From Pelomyxa schiedti (taxonomy: Eukaryota > Protista > Evosea): a stretch of DNA of 64,000 bases. The notes below the pieces were generated by a model that had not been told where the DNA came from, ran no database searches, and saw only the letters and a list, made by a program, of their open reading frames with translations. Positions 25,133-39,300 of this stretch are shown here, in pieces. The position numbers and the translations under genes are program-made. Numbering within the stretch: position 1 is the first letter of the stretch; each line of letters starts with the position of its first letter. The stretch spans positions 21,930-85,929 of the forward strand of contig JAHLWZ010000839.1 of NCBI GenBank assembly GCA_020536535.1, in the 5' to 3' direction.

Positions 25133-28100
25133 TTATGACGAACTTTTTGGTGCTGGAGATGCACTAGCCATCAAGGCATTGATCTGTGCAATACGTGCAG
25201 TGGTGTCGCTAAGCAGTTGTTTCTTCTTCTCCACAAACTGTGGATCCTTTGTTGTTTCCTCCACCCATTTGTCATGGCCCTTCTTTTTGGAGTCATACAG
25301 CTTCTGTAGCTTTGAGCGGCGGGACTTTGGAAGCAGCACGCCAGCCGCGTCGTGGGTCGGAACGGCTTCTCCCGGTGGTGGAGCCTTGTACTCCGTGGCC
25401 GGGAAGAGCTCGGAGAGCGGCGTTGACCAGGAATCAAGCTGTTCTAGCTCCTTCTCAAGCATAGTCTTCCTGTGGTTGTGTAAGTGGCAGATGATGTGTA
25501 ACGGCAGCTCCTAACCTGCTGTTCAATTTTTTCAGTTCTACGGAAAGCTCTTGTGCTTTCCTCTCCCGTATCGATCGCATGACCTCCTCAGGGGTCTCAA
25601 TCTTCCAAGGGAACTTCGCAGCGTCTTCTATTCGGACGCCAAGTTTGGGAAGTACCTGCAGTAATGTTAATGTTCAAGTGGGATATGTCTAGTTGCTGAC
25701 CTCATCCCTCAAAGAGTCTGTCATGTTCAGTAAGCTTTCATCTTTTAAAGCACAGCCCCTCTGGCGAACGTTCTTGCGGAATTCGGCAAGAACATCCAAA
25801 ATAGGTGCAATAGCAGCCTCGCCAGATGAAGTAGAGGAGATTTCTCTTTCTTTCTCAAAGAGGTCATTCCCAAGCCCATTAATACCGAAGACTCGCAGTA
25901 TGCGAGCAATATAACGGGCAATGGTGTGCACAATCAGGGGACGAGAATTCGTGGGATTGATGTAGTCATTGGCCTTGTGAACTACGTCAAGCATGTGGCT
26001 GATGGCATCCGGTGTGTTGAAATTATTGAGCAAGTCGGCGTGCACTTTGTTTTGCATGTCCACAAAGGCCGCGTGAAGGGCCCTCTCGGCAACACCTGCA
26101 AAAAATAAGTTCATGAAGAAATAGATTGGTACAATAATACCCCACGTTTGCTCTCGTGTTACACCATAACCATCTCGGCACATGTTATTGACCGCATGGA
26201 AAAACTCCTGAAATTGCTTCTCCTTTTTCTTCACCAACTCCATGGCAGCATCTGAGAAATTCATTGTGGCATCCCACTGCTGTGACAGAACCATAAAACG
26301 AAGCTGTAGTGACGACTTATTAGTGATGAAACTCACTGTGAAAGAAGACCTGGCGTGGTGTGTATTTAACCAGTGCCTCTCGAATGGTGATAAAATTCTT
26401 AAGTGACTTCGACATTTTAAGGCCGTTGATGTGAAGATGTCCACAGTGGAAGAAATAGTTTACCCATTGCTTATTCCCAAAGTATGCCTCAGACTGTGCA
26501 GTTTATAAGAAAAGAAGACGAGAAACTACTGCAACCTGTGCCAGTTCATTGTCGTGATGTGGGAACTTCAGGTCCTCACCACCCATATGAACGTCCAATG
26601 TAGGTCCTATAAGGTCAGAAGCCATTGCAGAGCACTCAATGTGCCATCCCGGGCGCCCGTGCCCCCAAGGAGATTCCCACCAGGGTTCTCCCTCCTTTTT
26701 CAGAAATTAAGGAAATGGAATGGAAAAGAAAGAGGAAAGCGTGCACCTTTGATTTTTTCCACAGTGCGAAATCGTTTTTGTTGTGCTTCTCCGACTTAGC
26801 TGCACTCAAAGCACCTTTGCTGCAATTCAAAAAGGAAAACACCTAACCAAAAAAAAATACCATCTCCATCATCTGTTTTTTCTTGATCTCCCACAGACCA
26901 AGGCTCGAGTCTGGCATAGAAATGGTCGGGGTGTGCAGAAAAAGCAACAGTGTCGAAGTAAATACTCTCGTTCTCTTCATATGCAAATTTATTGTCGATT
27001 ATCTTCTGGATGAATTTGATGACCTTGTCAACATACTCTGTGACCCTTGAAATTACATCAGGTTGTATGATGCCAAGTTGTGTCATGTCTGAAGATACAC
27101 AATTATTACAAACTCAGGGATAAAGATTAAAAACCTTCCATAAACTCGGCCTCATACTTTGAAGCATGTTTCTGGCACAATTCGCGCATATTGGGAACAG
27201 AAGCACCCAATGTGGAATCGAGGACCTGCCCTAGTGCATCATATGCTTGCTTTGGAGACAACAAAACTTCAATGGGTGGGAGTGGTTCATTCAACTTGTG
27301 CATTGTAAGTTCTACATTGGCTGATCAGAAGCATACAGTCTGAAGAGTGGCAATTGCTTCTTTGGCAACAACGACATCTTTATCCAAAAGAACAATGGTG
27401 GCCTTGCTTTCTTCAACTTTCAAGTTTTTATCAATATTCGCTTGGAGCTCTTTGGATAGCCATTAGACACAAAGGAAGGAGAAAAGTTGTCTTGTTACTT
27501 GTTTTTTTCTGTTCTATCCCTGCAATGTAAAGCTTCCACGAATCTATCATAAGGGTCACTTCAGCAGTTGTGACTTTCGGATGAGTCTTGGTTTTTTGAG
27601 AAAGTTAATGGTGGGAGGTGGGTGTCATGGTGGGGACCTTGATGAACTCGGAAATGAGGTGGTTACGCCTTGACTTGAGAATAATTTTATCATCAATGTC
27701 GGTGACATTCATGACAGCAAAGATAGAATAACCAAAGTAGTCTTCCATGATCCGTCTTATTACATCTATGGTAATATAGTTCCTGTTTTTGTAGAAGTCG
27801 TTTTACATAGTTAACAAACAAAAACCACGAATCTCAAGGTAACAACAAACCTAGCATGTCCCAAGTGAGATGAGTCGTACACGGTTGGTCCGCAGCTATA
27901 CCACGACACGATTCGTCCCTGACTTGCACCAAACGGAACCAAACGGTCACAAGCCAAACTGTTCCTTACCATCAGTGTGTTTGAAGGTCCTTTACAAAAA
28001 AGAAAAAGTAAACAACTCGTGGGGAAAAAGGAACAAAGAAAGAGGGGGAAGAAAAGGAGAAAGAAAGTGAAAAAGAAAATGGAAGAACCAGTAGTTATTG

Positions 28101-28221
28101 TGGGTTGAATCCACGGTGGCTGGGGCACATTTTTCTTCGACTTCGGTGCAGCCGAAGACGAAGCAGGTGCTGTTGTCGTAATAGCGGTCGTCTCGCTTGT
28201 CGCGTTTCCGGTGCTACTCAT
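25133..28221 (-). CDS. CARS: Cysteine--tRNA ligase, eukaryotic cytoplasmic type
   Basis: [18 protein letters not shown] (HIGH motif), [52 protein letters not shown] and KMSKSLKNF. Confidence 0.97.
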
Positions 28222-28463
28222 CGCCGTGATGTGTGTTGTTACGATTATTTATTTAAATTGTTTTGTACCTTTCCGGGTAAAGTGTTCTGATCAGAGATCG
28301 TTGCAAAAAATCTAATTCGCGATACTGATACCAAATGAGACACCAACCCTAGGGCCAGTGGGTTGTTTGTGAGTGTTAAATGCACCAGTGATTTGCTCAG
28401 AGAAATAGATAGGGTTTGGTTTATATCTTGTTTTACCCCCAAGTTTGGGTTGATAGTATTTAT

Positions 28464-31400
28464 TTAGGATTGTTGCACAGTGCACTCCATTTGCCGTTGA
28501 CAGGACTTGATGTCAGTGGACCACTGCTGAATGACTTGTGGGTTCTTGTTCTCGAGTATCCACAACCAACCCTCTGCTCCGGGCTTCATGTGAAGTTCGA
28601 GTTTGGTGTTATTACACACAACCTAAGCATTTTAAATCAAAGGTGAGTGACAGGAAACTGGAAATGTGTGGGTTTGAGAAGCGGGGGAATTACATTGTGA
28701 ATTCTATCAAGCTTCAAGGAAGTAAGCACCGAAAATGGTCTTCCATCCTGGATGTTGTAAGCCGATGGAATTCACTTCGAATTCACAATATACCTTGGGG
28801 TTCTTGATTTGATCACAGTACAATAATAAATCAGAGAAAAGATAGAGGTATGGTGCATTTTTGTGCCGTGGTGGTTTGCTTTTACTTGTTGCACCTTCCA
28901 TCTTTTGTAGTTTTGTTGATACGTTTCCTTCCCTATTGACAGTGAGTTCCTTGAGAGTTAAGGGAGTTGGAACTCACCTCACAAGTTTTCTTCCCGCAAC
29001 AACGAGGGCCTAGTTGCATGTGAGAAAAAGGGTGCTTAAGAAAAGGGACGGAATGGAGCGGAACTTACTTCGGTTTCTTCTCCAGTTAGAGTTTGAGCAA
29101 TAGAAACCAATTTACGGGCATGTGTTGCCACAGAGGGATCAATTCCCGCGTTTAGAGTGTTTGTTGTATCAAGCACAAATTGATGTGCCTCGGCCAGAAG
29201 TGTATGGTCAGGGTGCAATTTACCTGTGTACTTCTGCATGTTTTCCAGCAGAAGCTGTGAAGATGTAATTAAACAGGAGTAGCCAAATTAAGCAAGAAAC
29301 CAAGTAACGAGGCAACCGTTGCACTACAAGAAGGAAAGTTAGTATGGATATCAATAAATCCATGTAATAAAATCTGACCTGGCATTATCAGAAAAGCACC
29401 GAGATCAAAGTGAGTCTCCGTTTGCCTTCTCTCAAACTCCTAATATTATGTTGAGCAACAAACATTACTGAAGGAAGTACAAAGTACAGCCAACTGTGTT
29501 GCAAACTTTGCGTTCTTCTTTTTTAAATAGTGAAGAGATACTGTAGCAGCGCAATAATTTTTGAGATATGCCCCATAGGTCAGAAAGTTCTTGCCCTTTG
29601 TGGGAGAAAAAATAAATGGTAAATACTGACATATTTTTTTTTTTTTTTGGCATTGCATACGTGTATTAAGAATACATCTCCAATTGTAGTTGTTGGAGAC
29701 CAGGAACTCAATTTGTCTGACAGTGCAGTAAGCAGCTGTTTATGGACACCAACAATCTCTGACCAGTTCGCAAATAAGCTGTACACTTCCTTTGATGTGA
29801 GTGTGGTGGTGGCTTCAGGCAGGAGAGTTTCAGCCACTGTGCAGAGATGAGTCAAGTAACTCTTTTCTGTTTGCATCAATTCAGTTGCAATGCATTGTCT
29901 AACGGCAGATTGCGCATTGAGCATCCTCTCTCTATCTGCCTCGTCTTGTTGCTGTTGCAGAGTACCCAACTGTGAGGGTGGTGGAACTGTTTGGGCGCTG
30001 TTGCGCAAACGCGGGAACTCTTTAGGAGCCAAACTGCCTGTCCTGTGCAGGCCACTTGGGCGGTGATGTTCCTTTCCCTCTTTAGCACACATTGTTTTAT
30101 GCCTTTGGTGAGTTAGTTTTTGGTTTGGAACTTCACTTGATGGCTGTGTGTTGGGTGATTCTTGTTGGGTATTGGAGTGTAGAGCCAGTGATGGTTGGCT
30201 TGCAGGCGATTGTTCGGCAATATTTACAACTTCTTTTGCTCTCGTGTTAATTGTGTCTTCCGGCTCTTTTATTTCACTTTCTCCGGTCATTGGGGAGGGT
30301 AGTTCTTTTGCTGCAACATGCACTTCCTCGATTTTTTGCCTTGAACCTTCTTGCTGTACTGCCAAGGCCTCAGCTACAACTTTAGGTTTGGATGTAGATT
30401 CTTCCTGGTGCCTTACTTGCACTACAGTCTCTTGCTCACTCTGTCTGGCTTCAGTTTCTTGCCGTATTCCTGATACTTCAGTTTCTGGCTGTATTCCTGG
30501 GATTTCAGCTTCTTGCTTCTTTACTTCCTCTTCTCTCTTAGCTTCTTCTATCCTCTTCTCTTCTTCCCTTTTCCCATTTTCTTCCTCTCGCCGTGCTTCT
30601 ACCTCACCACAACTGGAGTCTTGCCTTTCAACTTCCGGTATTTGAGGAGCACCACTTTCTAAATTGGTTTTTTGTTCCATTTCCACTTCTGTCTTGCTCC
30701 GGGATTCGGCTTCTGCCTTGCGCCGTGCTCTTCTTTCTGCTCGTCTTCTCTCTTTTTCTTCACGTTTGGTGTGCTCGGCGTCCTCCTGTACTTTTTGCTC
30801 AGGTTCAAGCAAAACTTCCTTCACTGGTGAGTTGACTTCAGTCTCCTCTTGGGCTTTTCTTTTTGCTTCTCTGGCTGCCCGCCGCTTAGCTTTCCTCTCC
30901 GCCTTCTTCACTTCCTCTTCTCTCTTTGCTTCTTCTATCCTCTTCTCTTCTTCCCTTTTCCTATTTTCTTCCTCTTCTTTTTCTAGCTTCCATCTTTGTT
31001 CTTCTTCTTGCCTTTGAACATCTTTTGGGTGAATTTCCTCCACCTGTTGATTTGCACACTCTGATTCCTGCTGCTTGGTAAATTCTGTATGTTTTAGTGA
31101 AGCCAGCTCTGCTTCTTGTTGTTTGGCGAGTTCCAATTCACGTTGCTTAGCAAGCTCCGCATCCCTTTGTCTCGTAAGCTCTGCTTCCCTTTGTCTGGCA
31201 CGCTCTTCTTCCCGTTGCCTTAACAGTCTTGCCTCCCTTTGCTTTTCAACCTCTTCTTCCCTTTGTTTCAGTTCTGCTTCCTGTTGCCTTAAAAGTGCCT
31301 GCCTTTGGTTTGCAAGCTCTTCTTCCCGTTGCCTTAACAGTCTTGCCTCCCTTTGCTTTTCAACCTCTTCTTCCCTTCGTCTCATTTCTGCTTCCTGTTG

Positions 31401-34398
31401 CCTTTGCTTTGAAATTTGTTCTTCAAGCTCCGCTTGCCTTTGTCTTGCAAGCTCTGCTTCCTTTTGTCTGGCAACCTCGGCTTCCTGTTGCTTTGCAAGC
31501 TCTGCTTCCTGCTGTGATAGTTCTTCTTTGAGCTTTACAGCTTGCTGATGTTCTTCAGCTCTTTTTGCTTCTTCCTCCTTTAATTTAGCTTGCTCGACGG
31601 ATTCAGGTGTTTCCTCCGCCATGCCTTCTGAGCTGTTTCTTCTTTCCTCCTCAACCCTCTGTACTTCCTCAGAGTTACTTGGAGTAGTCATATCCACATC
31701 TTAAAAGTGATTACTTGGTGACGACAGCATGAAGCATTTACTTGGGACGTCATCTTCAGAATAATCAGATTCTGAACTTGAGTACTCATCGGTGTCTGGT
31801 TGGGACTCTCTCCACATTGTACAAATTAGAGGATAAAAAAAGAAGAGAAGAGGTGGTACTCAATCTTCTGCAGCCTTTCAATTTCTACTGCAGACAGCTT
31901 TTTTGATTGTCCTTCATTGAGTAACTTTTTTTGTTTGTTTTGTTGTGTTAATTGTAGGGATTTGTGATTTTGGTTGGAAACTTTGAAGAAAAGGTATTCC
32001 ATATCATACTTATCACGGAGTAACTCAAGTAAGTGCATTATATTCTCCGTATTCCCCATAACAACATCTTTTGCCAGATAAGGACTTTCCAATGGGCAAA
32101 AACATTGGGGTCAAAAGTAACCTTGTGCAGTGCAGCAAGTAATTTCACAAAATGTATGCTGCTCTATAATTCTCATCACTAGAGAAGCATTCTGCATGCA
32201 TTGCCATAAGTTTCGTGGCTTCTCGTCATACAAAAAAGAAAAGGACTCCTTGGTGAGAACCTGATACAGGAATGGTCAATTGAAGAATAAGAACATCAGA
32301 AAACAGACTTCAAATAGTTTAAGCAACTTGACTCCTGTACGAAAATCGTTGGACAGATTAAACAGTTTACGCGGAGGCTCCAGTCTGCCAAGATATTTAT
32401 TTGCCTGTTTGCTTTATTTTACTCTTGATGGTGGTGATGTCTGTGGGTTTGTCAGGTACCCATTCCAGTAATTCACATGTATCGAAAGTGACGTCGGCAC
32501 TTGTATCATCTTCTTGTTCATCGAAGTCCTCAAAGGTCGACTCATTCAATGAGGCAGAAAACAGGGTTCGAATGTGTGAAGAATCTTTTATTGCAAGCTT
32601 AGTGAGACCTTGCTTATATACGAACTTGGCCAGTACATGTACGTTGTTGATGACCTTCGTTGTTTGAGGTTTGGTTATTTTGGGGGAAAAAAAGGCACAA
32701 TGCAAACGATGCACAAAAATTTCTGGTAAAGATAAAGACTTACCACATTCATGTTCTTCCCTTCAAATAGTTCAACAGTGGTAAATAAATCACCACGTGG
32801 AAGACCCAATAAAGAACAGGCTCGCAAGTACGAATTAATATTTTCCTTGTGGACGGCACGTTAACAAACTTAAACTGGGGGGCGGGGGGAAGGAATAGGC
32901 TTACCATCTGAAGATAGTTAACATTAGAAGTGCTGATCTTTGGAATAAGGTCTGGCTTCAATTTGTTCATGAGACTTGGATAAAATAGTGTTAGTGGAAT
33001 AAATATGTGTTGGGGATTGTTACTTGCACAGTATCACTCCAGATTTCAGTGCCGGCGCAAAAGGTTTGTTCAGAAATAAGTTGGGCTCATCAAGAACCTC
33101 GCATATCCAATTCTTTGCTTGTACTTCCAGCTCTGCACTATAGAGCAAGGTTACAATTCAGACTGTGGTTTTGGAAAGATTACCAGTATTTAAATTCTTC
33201 CTTCACTCTAATATCGTCCTCCAAGCTACTAACGCTTGGACGAACTGCAGCCAGAGCAGCTGGTTGAGAGGCTGGAGGGCTTGGGGTGACAGGAGGAACA
33301 ACCGTTTGCACAATTGGTGGATTTGGGGGGACTGTGAGTTTTGAAGAGACTGGGGGAGTTGAAGTTGTGGGGGTGGTCAAAGGTGCAGAAGAAGACCCCC
33401 GCAGGGAAGAGGCGGTATTATTTTTTGGCAAAGGGATGCTTGGTGAAAGCGGTGCAGGTGCTGGTGCTGGGGACATGCTGCCAATAAGTTTTCCACTGCT
33501 TCCCTTACTTGGTGTCCTTTGTTTATTTATTAGTGGGTAATTAATTCCAACCATCTTACAGTGGAATGGTTGTCGGTATTTTATTCCCATGTTTCACTGC
33601 AAGTTGTTTCAGATAATCGAGGTTTGCCATGACCTAAGCCCTTATTACTGGAGGGAATGATGGGTACTGCAAACCATGAAGATGTCTTTATTTTCAAAGA
33701 GGTCAAGAGTGCTGGAAACTAACAGTTAGTTTCTCTGGTCCCCCATCACCAAACTTTTTTTTTATTGTTCTCCAACCCCTAGCCCACCATACTTGAACAA
33801 ACTGGAGTTTGGGATCCCCATTCTCCTGCAAGCACCAAGGTATGCCTCAATGTTTTCCATTTGTTTGAAAGCAAGGTTGTTATAATTGACTTTGGGAATA
33901 ATTCCAGGAGACAAAATGTTCACCAAACTAGGATATGAAAAGAACAGCCAAGGTGAGATAGTTCTAAAATTAATATTGCAAGAATAATTATTATGTTTCA
34001 CAGTAAACTAACCCAAGCAGTCAATTCAACTAGTAGGTAGAACTCAAAAAAATCAATAAGCTCACAACACCCATCCCATAATTCTCAACAACAACAACAA
34101 CATACTCGCACAGCACAGCCCCGGACTTGAGCAAAGTCTGCAACGACGCCGTAGCTGGCGTCCCACAACCAGAATTCGTCGACTCAGCACTAGCACTAGC
34201 ACCAGTTGCCGCATTTGCAGCTCCACCACCACAACCACAGGCACTGAGCGCGGCGGCGTGCCTGGACGCGACGGCCGGCGACGCGGCGATCACCGACGCC
34301 ACCCACGACAGCAGCTCGGCCTCCCGCGTGGCATCGACCTTGAGGCGCTTCTTGGACTCCAGCGTCTCGTTGAGCGACTCGACGGATCCACGTGACAT
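28464..34398 (-). CDS. RhoGEF (DH-PH) protein with three N-terminal calponin-homology domains and a long charged coiled coil
   Basis: CH1 (LKSGAVLC..QMENIEAYLGAC..DLFENK), CH2 (LKSGVILC..QMENINSYLRAC..ELFEGKN), CH3 (DFRTGVKLLKLFEV..DVVMGN), an E/Q/R/K-rich helix, DH (IATELMQTEKSYL..LIMPVQRLPRYLLLL) and PH (YLYLFSDLLLYC). Confidence 0.9.
30518..31380 (-). repeat. Internal coding duplications in the RhoGEF coiled coil
   Basis: The peptides KREEEKRIEEAKREEEVKK and REEEVEKQREARLLRQREEE each occur twice with near-identical DNA. Confidence 0.85.
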
Positions 34399-34626
34399 CC
34401 CTGTCTCTCGTTTGCGTGCGTGAATACGGTTGCTCCCACAAGTGGGTGGTGTATTTTGTGGTTGTTTGGGCGCCTGTGTCCCTTGGATTTTCGTTGGGTG
34501 TGATCGCTGATCTTCGAGGAAATCATGTATCGGTTCATCTTTCGGATCTGAATGAACAGATGCAGGTTTGTGTTCTGCCCACACAAACAAATGGTAGCAT
34601 AGACACTAATGGAACTTTAGGTTTTT

Positions 34627-36051
34627 TTATTGATAAACTTTGAGGTAGTTTATGGTGAAGTATGATTCAGTGAATGCTGAGGGATTGTTCTGGACATAAC
34701 TATCACAAGTGCCCATGTTGGGACAATCCTGGAAACAAAGTCAAATTTGGAGTGTGTGCAGTAGGAACGGAAAAGAATAGATATTGGAGAAAGTACTCAC
34801 ATAAGGAAAGTTGGAGCCAGCCCAGTCCCCACAAAATGTGAGGTTGATGATGATACTTTGATCATAGAAATGATTGGAAGCACAATTGCTCCCCAGCATG
34901 AAGTATGCGTAAGGAGTCCCCCACGAATTAGGATTTGGTTGGTCACTCTTCAAGTCAGAGGGTACTACAAATATTGTTGTGGCTGGATTAGTGAAAACTT
35001 ATGGTAGCGATTTATTAGCACCTGAATTGTGCAACCAGAAATATGAGGCAATCCCAGTTGAATTCCAGACTAGCGCATAAACACCACCACCCTTCTGGTT
35101 GAATGGTGTACCAAACGTGTAAGACTCAGAGGTAACTATACCACATCCCTGCAACTTTCAGATCAAGAGAAATTTAGCGGGAGCACCTGCCTGGTTGCTG
35201 TACTGATCCGAGGCATAAACATAGCAGTTATCAGCATTATTCCCAGAAGGCCCGGTTCCCCAGTTCCCCGTGAACATGTAAGAAGGTTCAGCACTCATAT
35301 CACAACCATCATTGGTGTGGAGAGTTGTTTGATCTGAAACCTGCACATTCACACCTTCTATGATATCAATTTCACCACCATTTGGCCAATTTGGTCCACA
35401 CTGTAGGAATATGAGATTTTACACATCAAGAAAGAAGTACAACAAGCCAAAATGCAGGCCAAGTTCCACAGCCTGAAGTTCACTTATCAGATGAAGTTTT
35501 TTTTTAGGTATATTTACCAGCAGGCATGTGGTCCAAGTCAATGGCGAAAATCCCCTGGTTCCATGTCTTGGTTGATTCAATTCTAACAGAAGCCCTGTTT
35601 AAAAATGAATCCGTACATCTCAGCAACGTAAAAAAGTGAAACCTGCCACTTCCACTGGAGACTGACCATGAATCTGCCTTGATTGTAGCTTGACTAGAAG
35701 TGGTTGAAACGAGACCCCAAGACCAAGCCTTTAAAGTTACACTCATTAGTCTATTTTACAAGGATAACTGCTGCCACAATGATACCTCCTGAGCTGTGGT
35801 GTAATAGACATATCCATTTGTCTTGTAAAATGAGACACAAAGAATGTCGGTGAGGAAAAAAAAAAAGAAGCACACTGGATCATCGTCAGAGTAAAAAGAA
35901 AATCCATCAAAGAAATTGTTCCCTATGTGCGAGTCCACAAGAGAATAACTTCATTGGCATTAAAAAAAGAACAACAGGAGCGAAATCCCGTAAGTTTGTT
36001 TCACCTTGCGGCGCCCACAACCATCACCAACCCCAGAAGACACCGCTTCAT
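34627..36051 (-). CDS. Secreted GH16 endo-beta-1,3(4)-glucanase (laminarinase type)
   Basis: Signal peptide MKRCLLGLVMVVGAA, then GRASVRIES, HMPAGCGTWPAFW, catalytic WPNGGEIDIIEGVN, FNQKGGGVYA and IIINLTFCGDWAG. TAA at 34627-34629. Confidence 0.93.
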
Positions 36052-36373
36052 TTTCGGTTTTTGTGCAGGAAAGCCCAAGTCAGAAATTAAAGATCGATCT
36101 GCACAACACTGTGTGACTCCTGAGCAGACAATTCTCTGATGGGGAATCAACCCACCACCAGAGAACCCTTTTGTCCCTGTTTCCAGTCCAATCTCGAATG
36201 ATCGCTTCCAGAAATTCCAGTATGTTCCACGAGAACGAAATAAACCTCCAGTGAGAGAAGCCAACAAAAAAAAACCGAGGACCACTTTCCACGATCAACC
36301 AGCACAGCCAGGGCAGCGGATTGAGGGGCCAAAGCGGGAAATAATAATAATAATATCAGCAAAACCGAAGAAG

Positions 36374-39300
36374 ATGACAGGGGCTCGGAGGCAGTTGGCG
36401 GTGATGCTGCGTAAAAACATGTGGCTGCAAAGACGGCAGATCGTGGGCACTGTGTGCGAGTGCGCGTGTCCGGTTTTGGTTGTGTTTCTCGCTGCCTTTT
36501 ATTTCTTCTGGTTTGCGTGGCTGGCTGAGCTCACTTCAAACACTGGTTCGTTTATTGGGGGGGTTTTTTTTTTTTTTTTTTTTTTCTCTTCTTTTTTTTG
36601 TCCCCCAAAAAAGATGGAGGTTTATTTAACATGGTTTGTAGTGTTGGATTACCCTCTGGAACCAGTTGAGAAACTGGGGACCTCCACGTCTTACATTAGC
36701 TGTTATTCATATGGATGCGTGATGGGGATTGTTCCAGACGATAATGAAACAAGAAGAATAGGGACCTTGGTCTATGAAAGAATAATGGCAGTATGGGCAC
36801 CAGTTTAAGATTACATGAACATTGTTGGTGGTTACTCACTCACGATTCCCAGACATCACCTCAGGCATCAATGGAGCTGGTCTTTTTCTCCACTGTTGAC
36901 GAGTTTGAAAAATATAATCAGGACAACAATGGAACAGTTTTTGGAGGTAAGTTCTGTACTTAAGTGCTTGCAATCTCACTTTCTATAACAGGAATTGTAT
37001 TCACTGACACCGTGACCTACAACAACTATTCCATCCGGCTTCCATCATCTTTTCTACCTGCAGATACCAGCACCACATCAGAGTCTGCTGCCAATCGTAT
37101 CGTCCCTATTCTTGAAGTTGAATGCTGATTTTTTTTTCATAGCCTTTAATTCAATGTATACATACCTCTCCAACGCGACCTTGTATGACTCTTCTGGTTT
37201 CATGTTGATGCAATCTACACTTGAGCAGACCCTCCTTGAAAAGCAATTCAATACAAGTGGGATGACATTATTTTCTCCTAAATCACGGGAGACTGTTTCA
37301 GCTGTTGCTTTTTCTCTTTCTGTTATGACCAAATTACTCCCTAGTGACCAGCCCATTGTGGTATGGATACCAAAATGTCTAATACTGAAGCTAAATAATT
37401 TTCAGGATATAATGTCACTCTTGCCAATGATTATCCCTTCATTTTTCTTGATTGCCTTTATCCCTCTTGTAGTTGTTGCACTTACAAACCTGGTAAATTT
37501 GAGCATCTTATTCCCCACAAATTTCTTTACCCTTGAATAACCTTGGGCAGGTTGGAGAAAAATCATCTAAAGTTCGAGACTATCTGCGAATGATGGGGTT
37601 AAAGCTCCATGTGAGTTTGTGCAGTCCACATCTATGACCATTTTTTTGACTTAGGGCAGGTGTACTGGCTAAGTTGGGCAATTACTCTTATTATTCCTCT
37701 ATTACTTTCAGCGTTTGTTATGGTAATTCTTGGAATTGTATCAGGAATGTTTAAATACAGGTTAGGAAAAAGTTGGTTTTGGGAAATTAAGTAAATTCTA
37801 GTTCATGGCTCCTTGTCTTGTTATTATTTCTGGAGTTTGCTTGTAGTATTATGACATTCTGCTTCATGGCACAAGCTTTTTTGAATAACAGATCGTATTG
37901 TCTGATTTCCCACTGCCCATTTCATTTTCTTGCAGAGTTGCCATTGTGGTGGGAGTTGTTTGGATTTACTTGATTGGTGGCCTGATGGCGTACATCCCCG
38001 TCAACCGGGGACTATATGCAATTCTCAGCTTAATCGCACCTGTTGATTTTTATCTTGGTACGATATTGTTCTTTCCGATTTGGTTAACTAAGTGGTTTGT
38101 AGGACTTTATCAAATAGTCCTTGTGTGTAGCTATTTTTTCAATTAGTTTCATTTCCTTACATTCACAAAAAGTGTGAAGTAGAGAAAACTGGGTAAGGCG
38201 CCGAAATCTACAAATTATCTGACTCTCTCAAAGAATGACCTTTTCTGTTGCCCAGACAGCACCCCCCGATGGTTTATCCGTTTCTGTCCTACTAGCCATG
38301 ATTTTTGTTGATACCCTTCTATATATGGTCTCTCCTTCATAGAGTGTACAGCCTTACTAACTATTATCACCAGGCTATCGCCTGGTATCTCAACGAAGTC
38401 AACCCTGGAGAGTATGGGGTACCAAAGCCCTATTACTTTCCATTTATGAAGTCGTACTGGTTTCCAACTAAGCGCAGGCCGGTACTCTTGGGTACAACTA
38501 GTGCACCCTCAAAGTTTGGTTAAAGGTACATAGACGCCGAAGTTGAAGAATTGCAGCAACCTCATTATGAAGATGCTACTGCTTTTGAAACATGTTCTAC
38601 GCATATTAACATTCACCAGGTAAAAAGGGGGAGTAGAAACATGCTCAACAATTTTGTTAGGGTGTGCATTTGCAATTCTTGACCAAGACATTCCCCGGCA
38701 TGGCATCAGCAGATCCTGTCCACGCCGTTGACGGGATCACTGCCTCTTTACATCCAGGTCTGTTAGGCAGTATCTCCTTTCTCTCCCACATGAATTAAGG
38801 GCAAATTTTCTGCTTGTTGGGGCATAACGGTGCCGGAAAAACCACAACTATATCAATGTTAACAGGCCTTTTACCACCCACTTCTGGAGTTCGTTCCCTT
38901 CACTCACTTTTTATTTAGTTATTAAATTTTAACTTTGTACAACTCTCAGGATGCAATTATAGAGGGTTTAAGTATCCGTTCTTCCATGGATCTGATTAGA
39001 GAGCGAATTGGGGTCTGCCCTCAGGTTCATTTAAATAAGAAAAATCGAAAGATTGCTCATAAGTATGTTAAGCATGACTTACTTTATGAGACTCTCACTG
39101 CCCGCGAACATCTCATTTTATTTGGTTCTCTAAAAGGCATACCATCATCACAGATAAACACTGCAGTAATTCTCAACAAAGTATCAATCTGTCTTTAACT
39201 GGCAACTTTCAGGTCACTGAAATGCTGGAAGCTGTTGATCTACAGACCTCCCCCAAGCAAGTTGTGAAAACTTTCAGTGGAGGAATGAAACGCAAGCTAT

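Noticed and set aside
30148-31548. Several plus-strand Ser/Leu/Phe-rich ORFs
   Set aside because: They are antisense to the E/K/Q/R-rich coiled-coil exon of the RhoGEF.
38161-38260. Additional 10-nt micro-exon in the ABCA gene
   Set aside because: Several donor and acceptor combinations are possible and no conserved motif fixes the choice.
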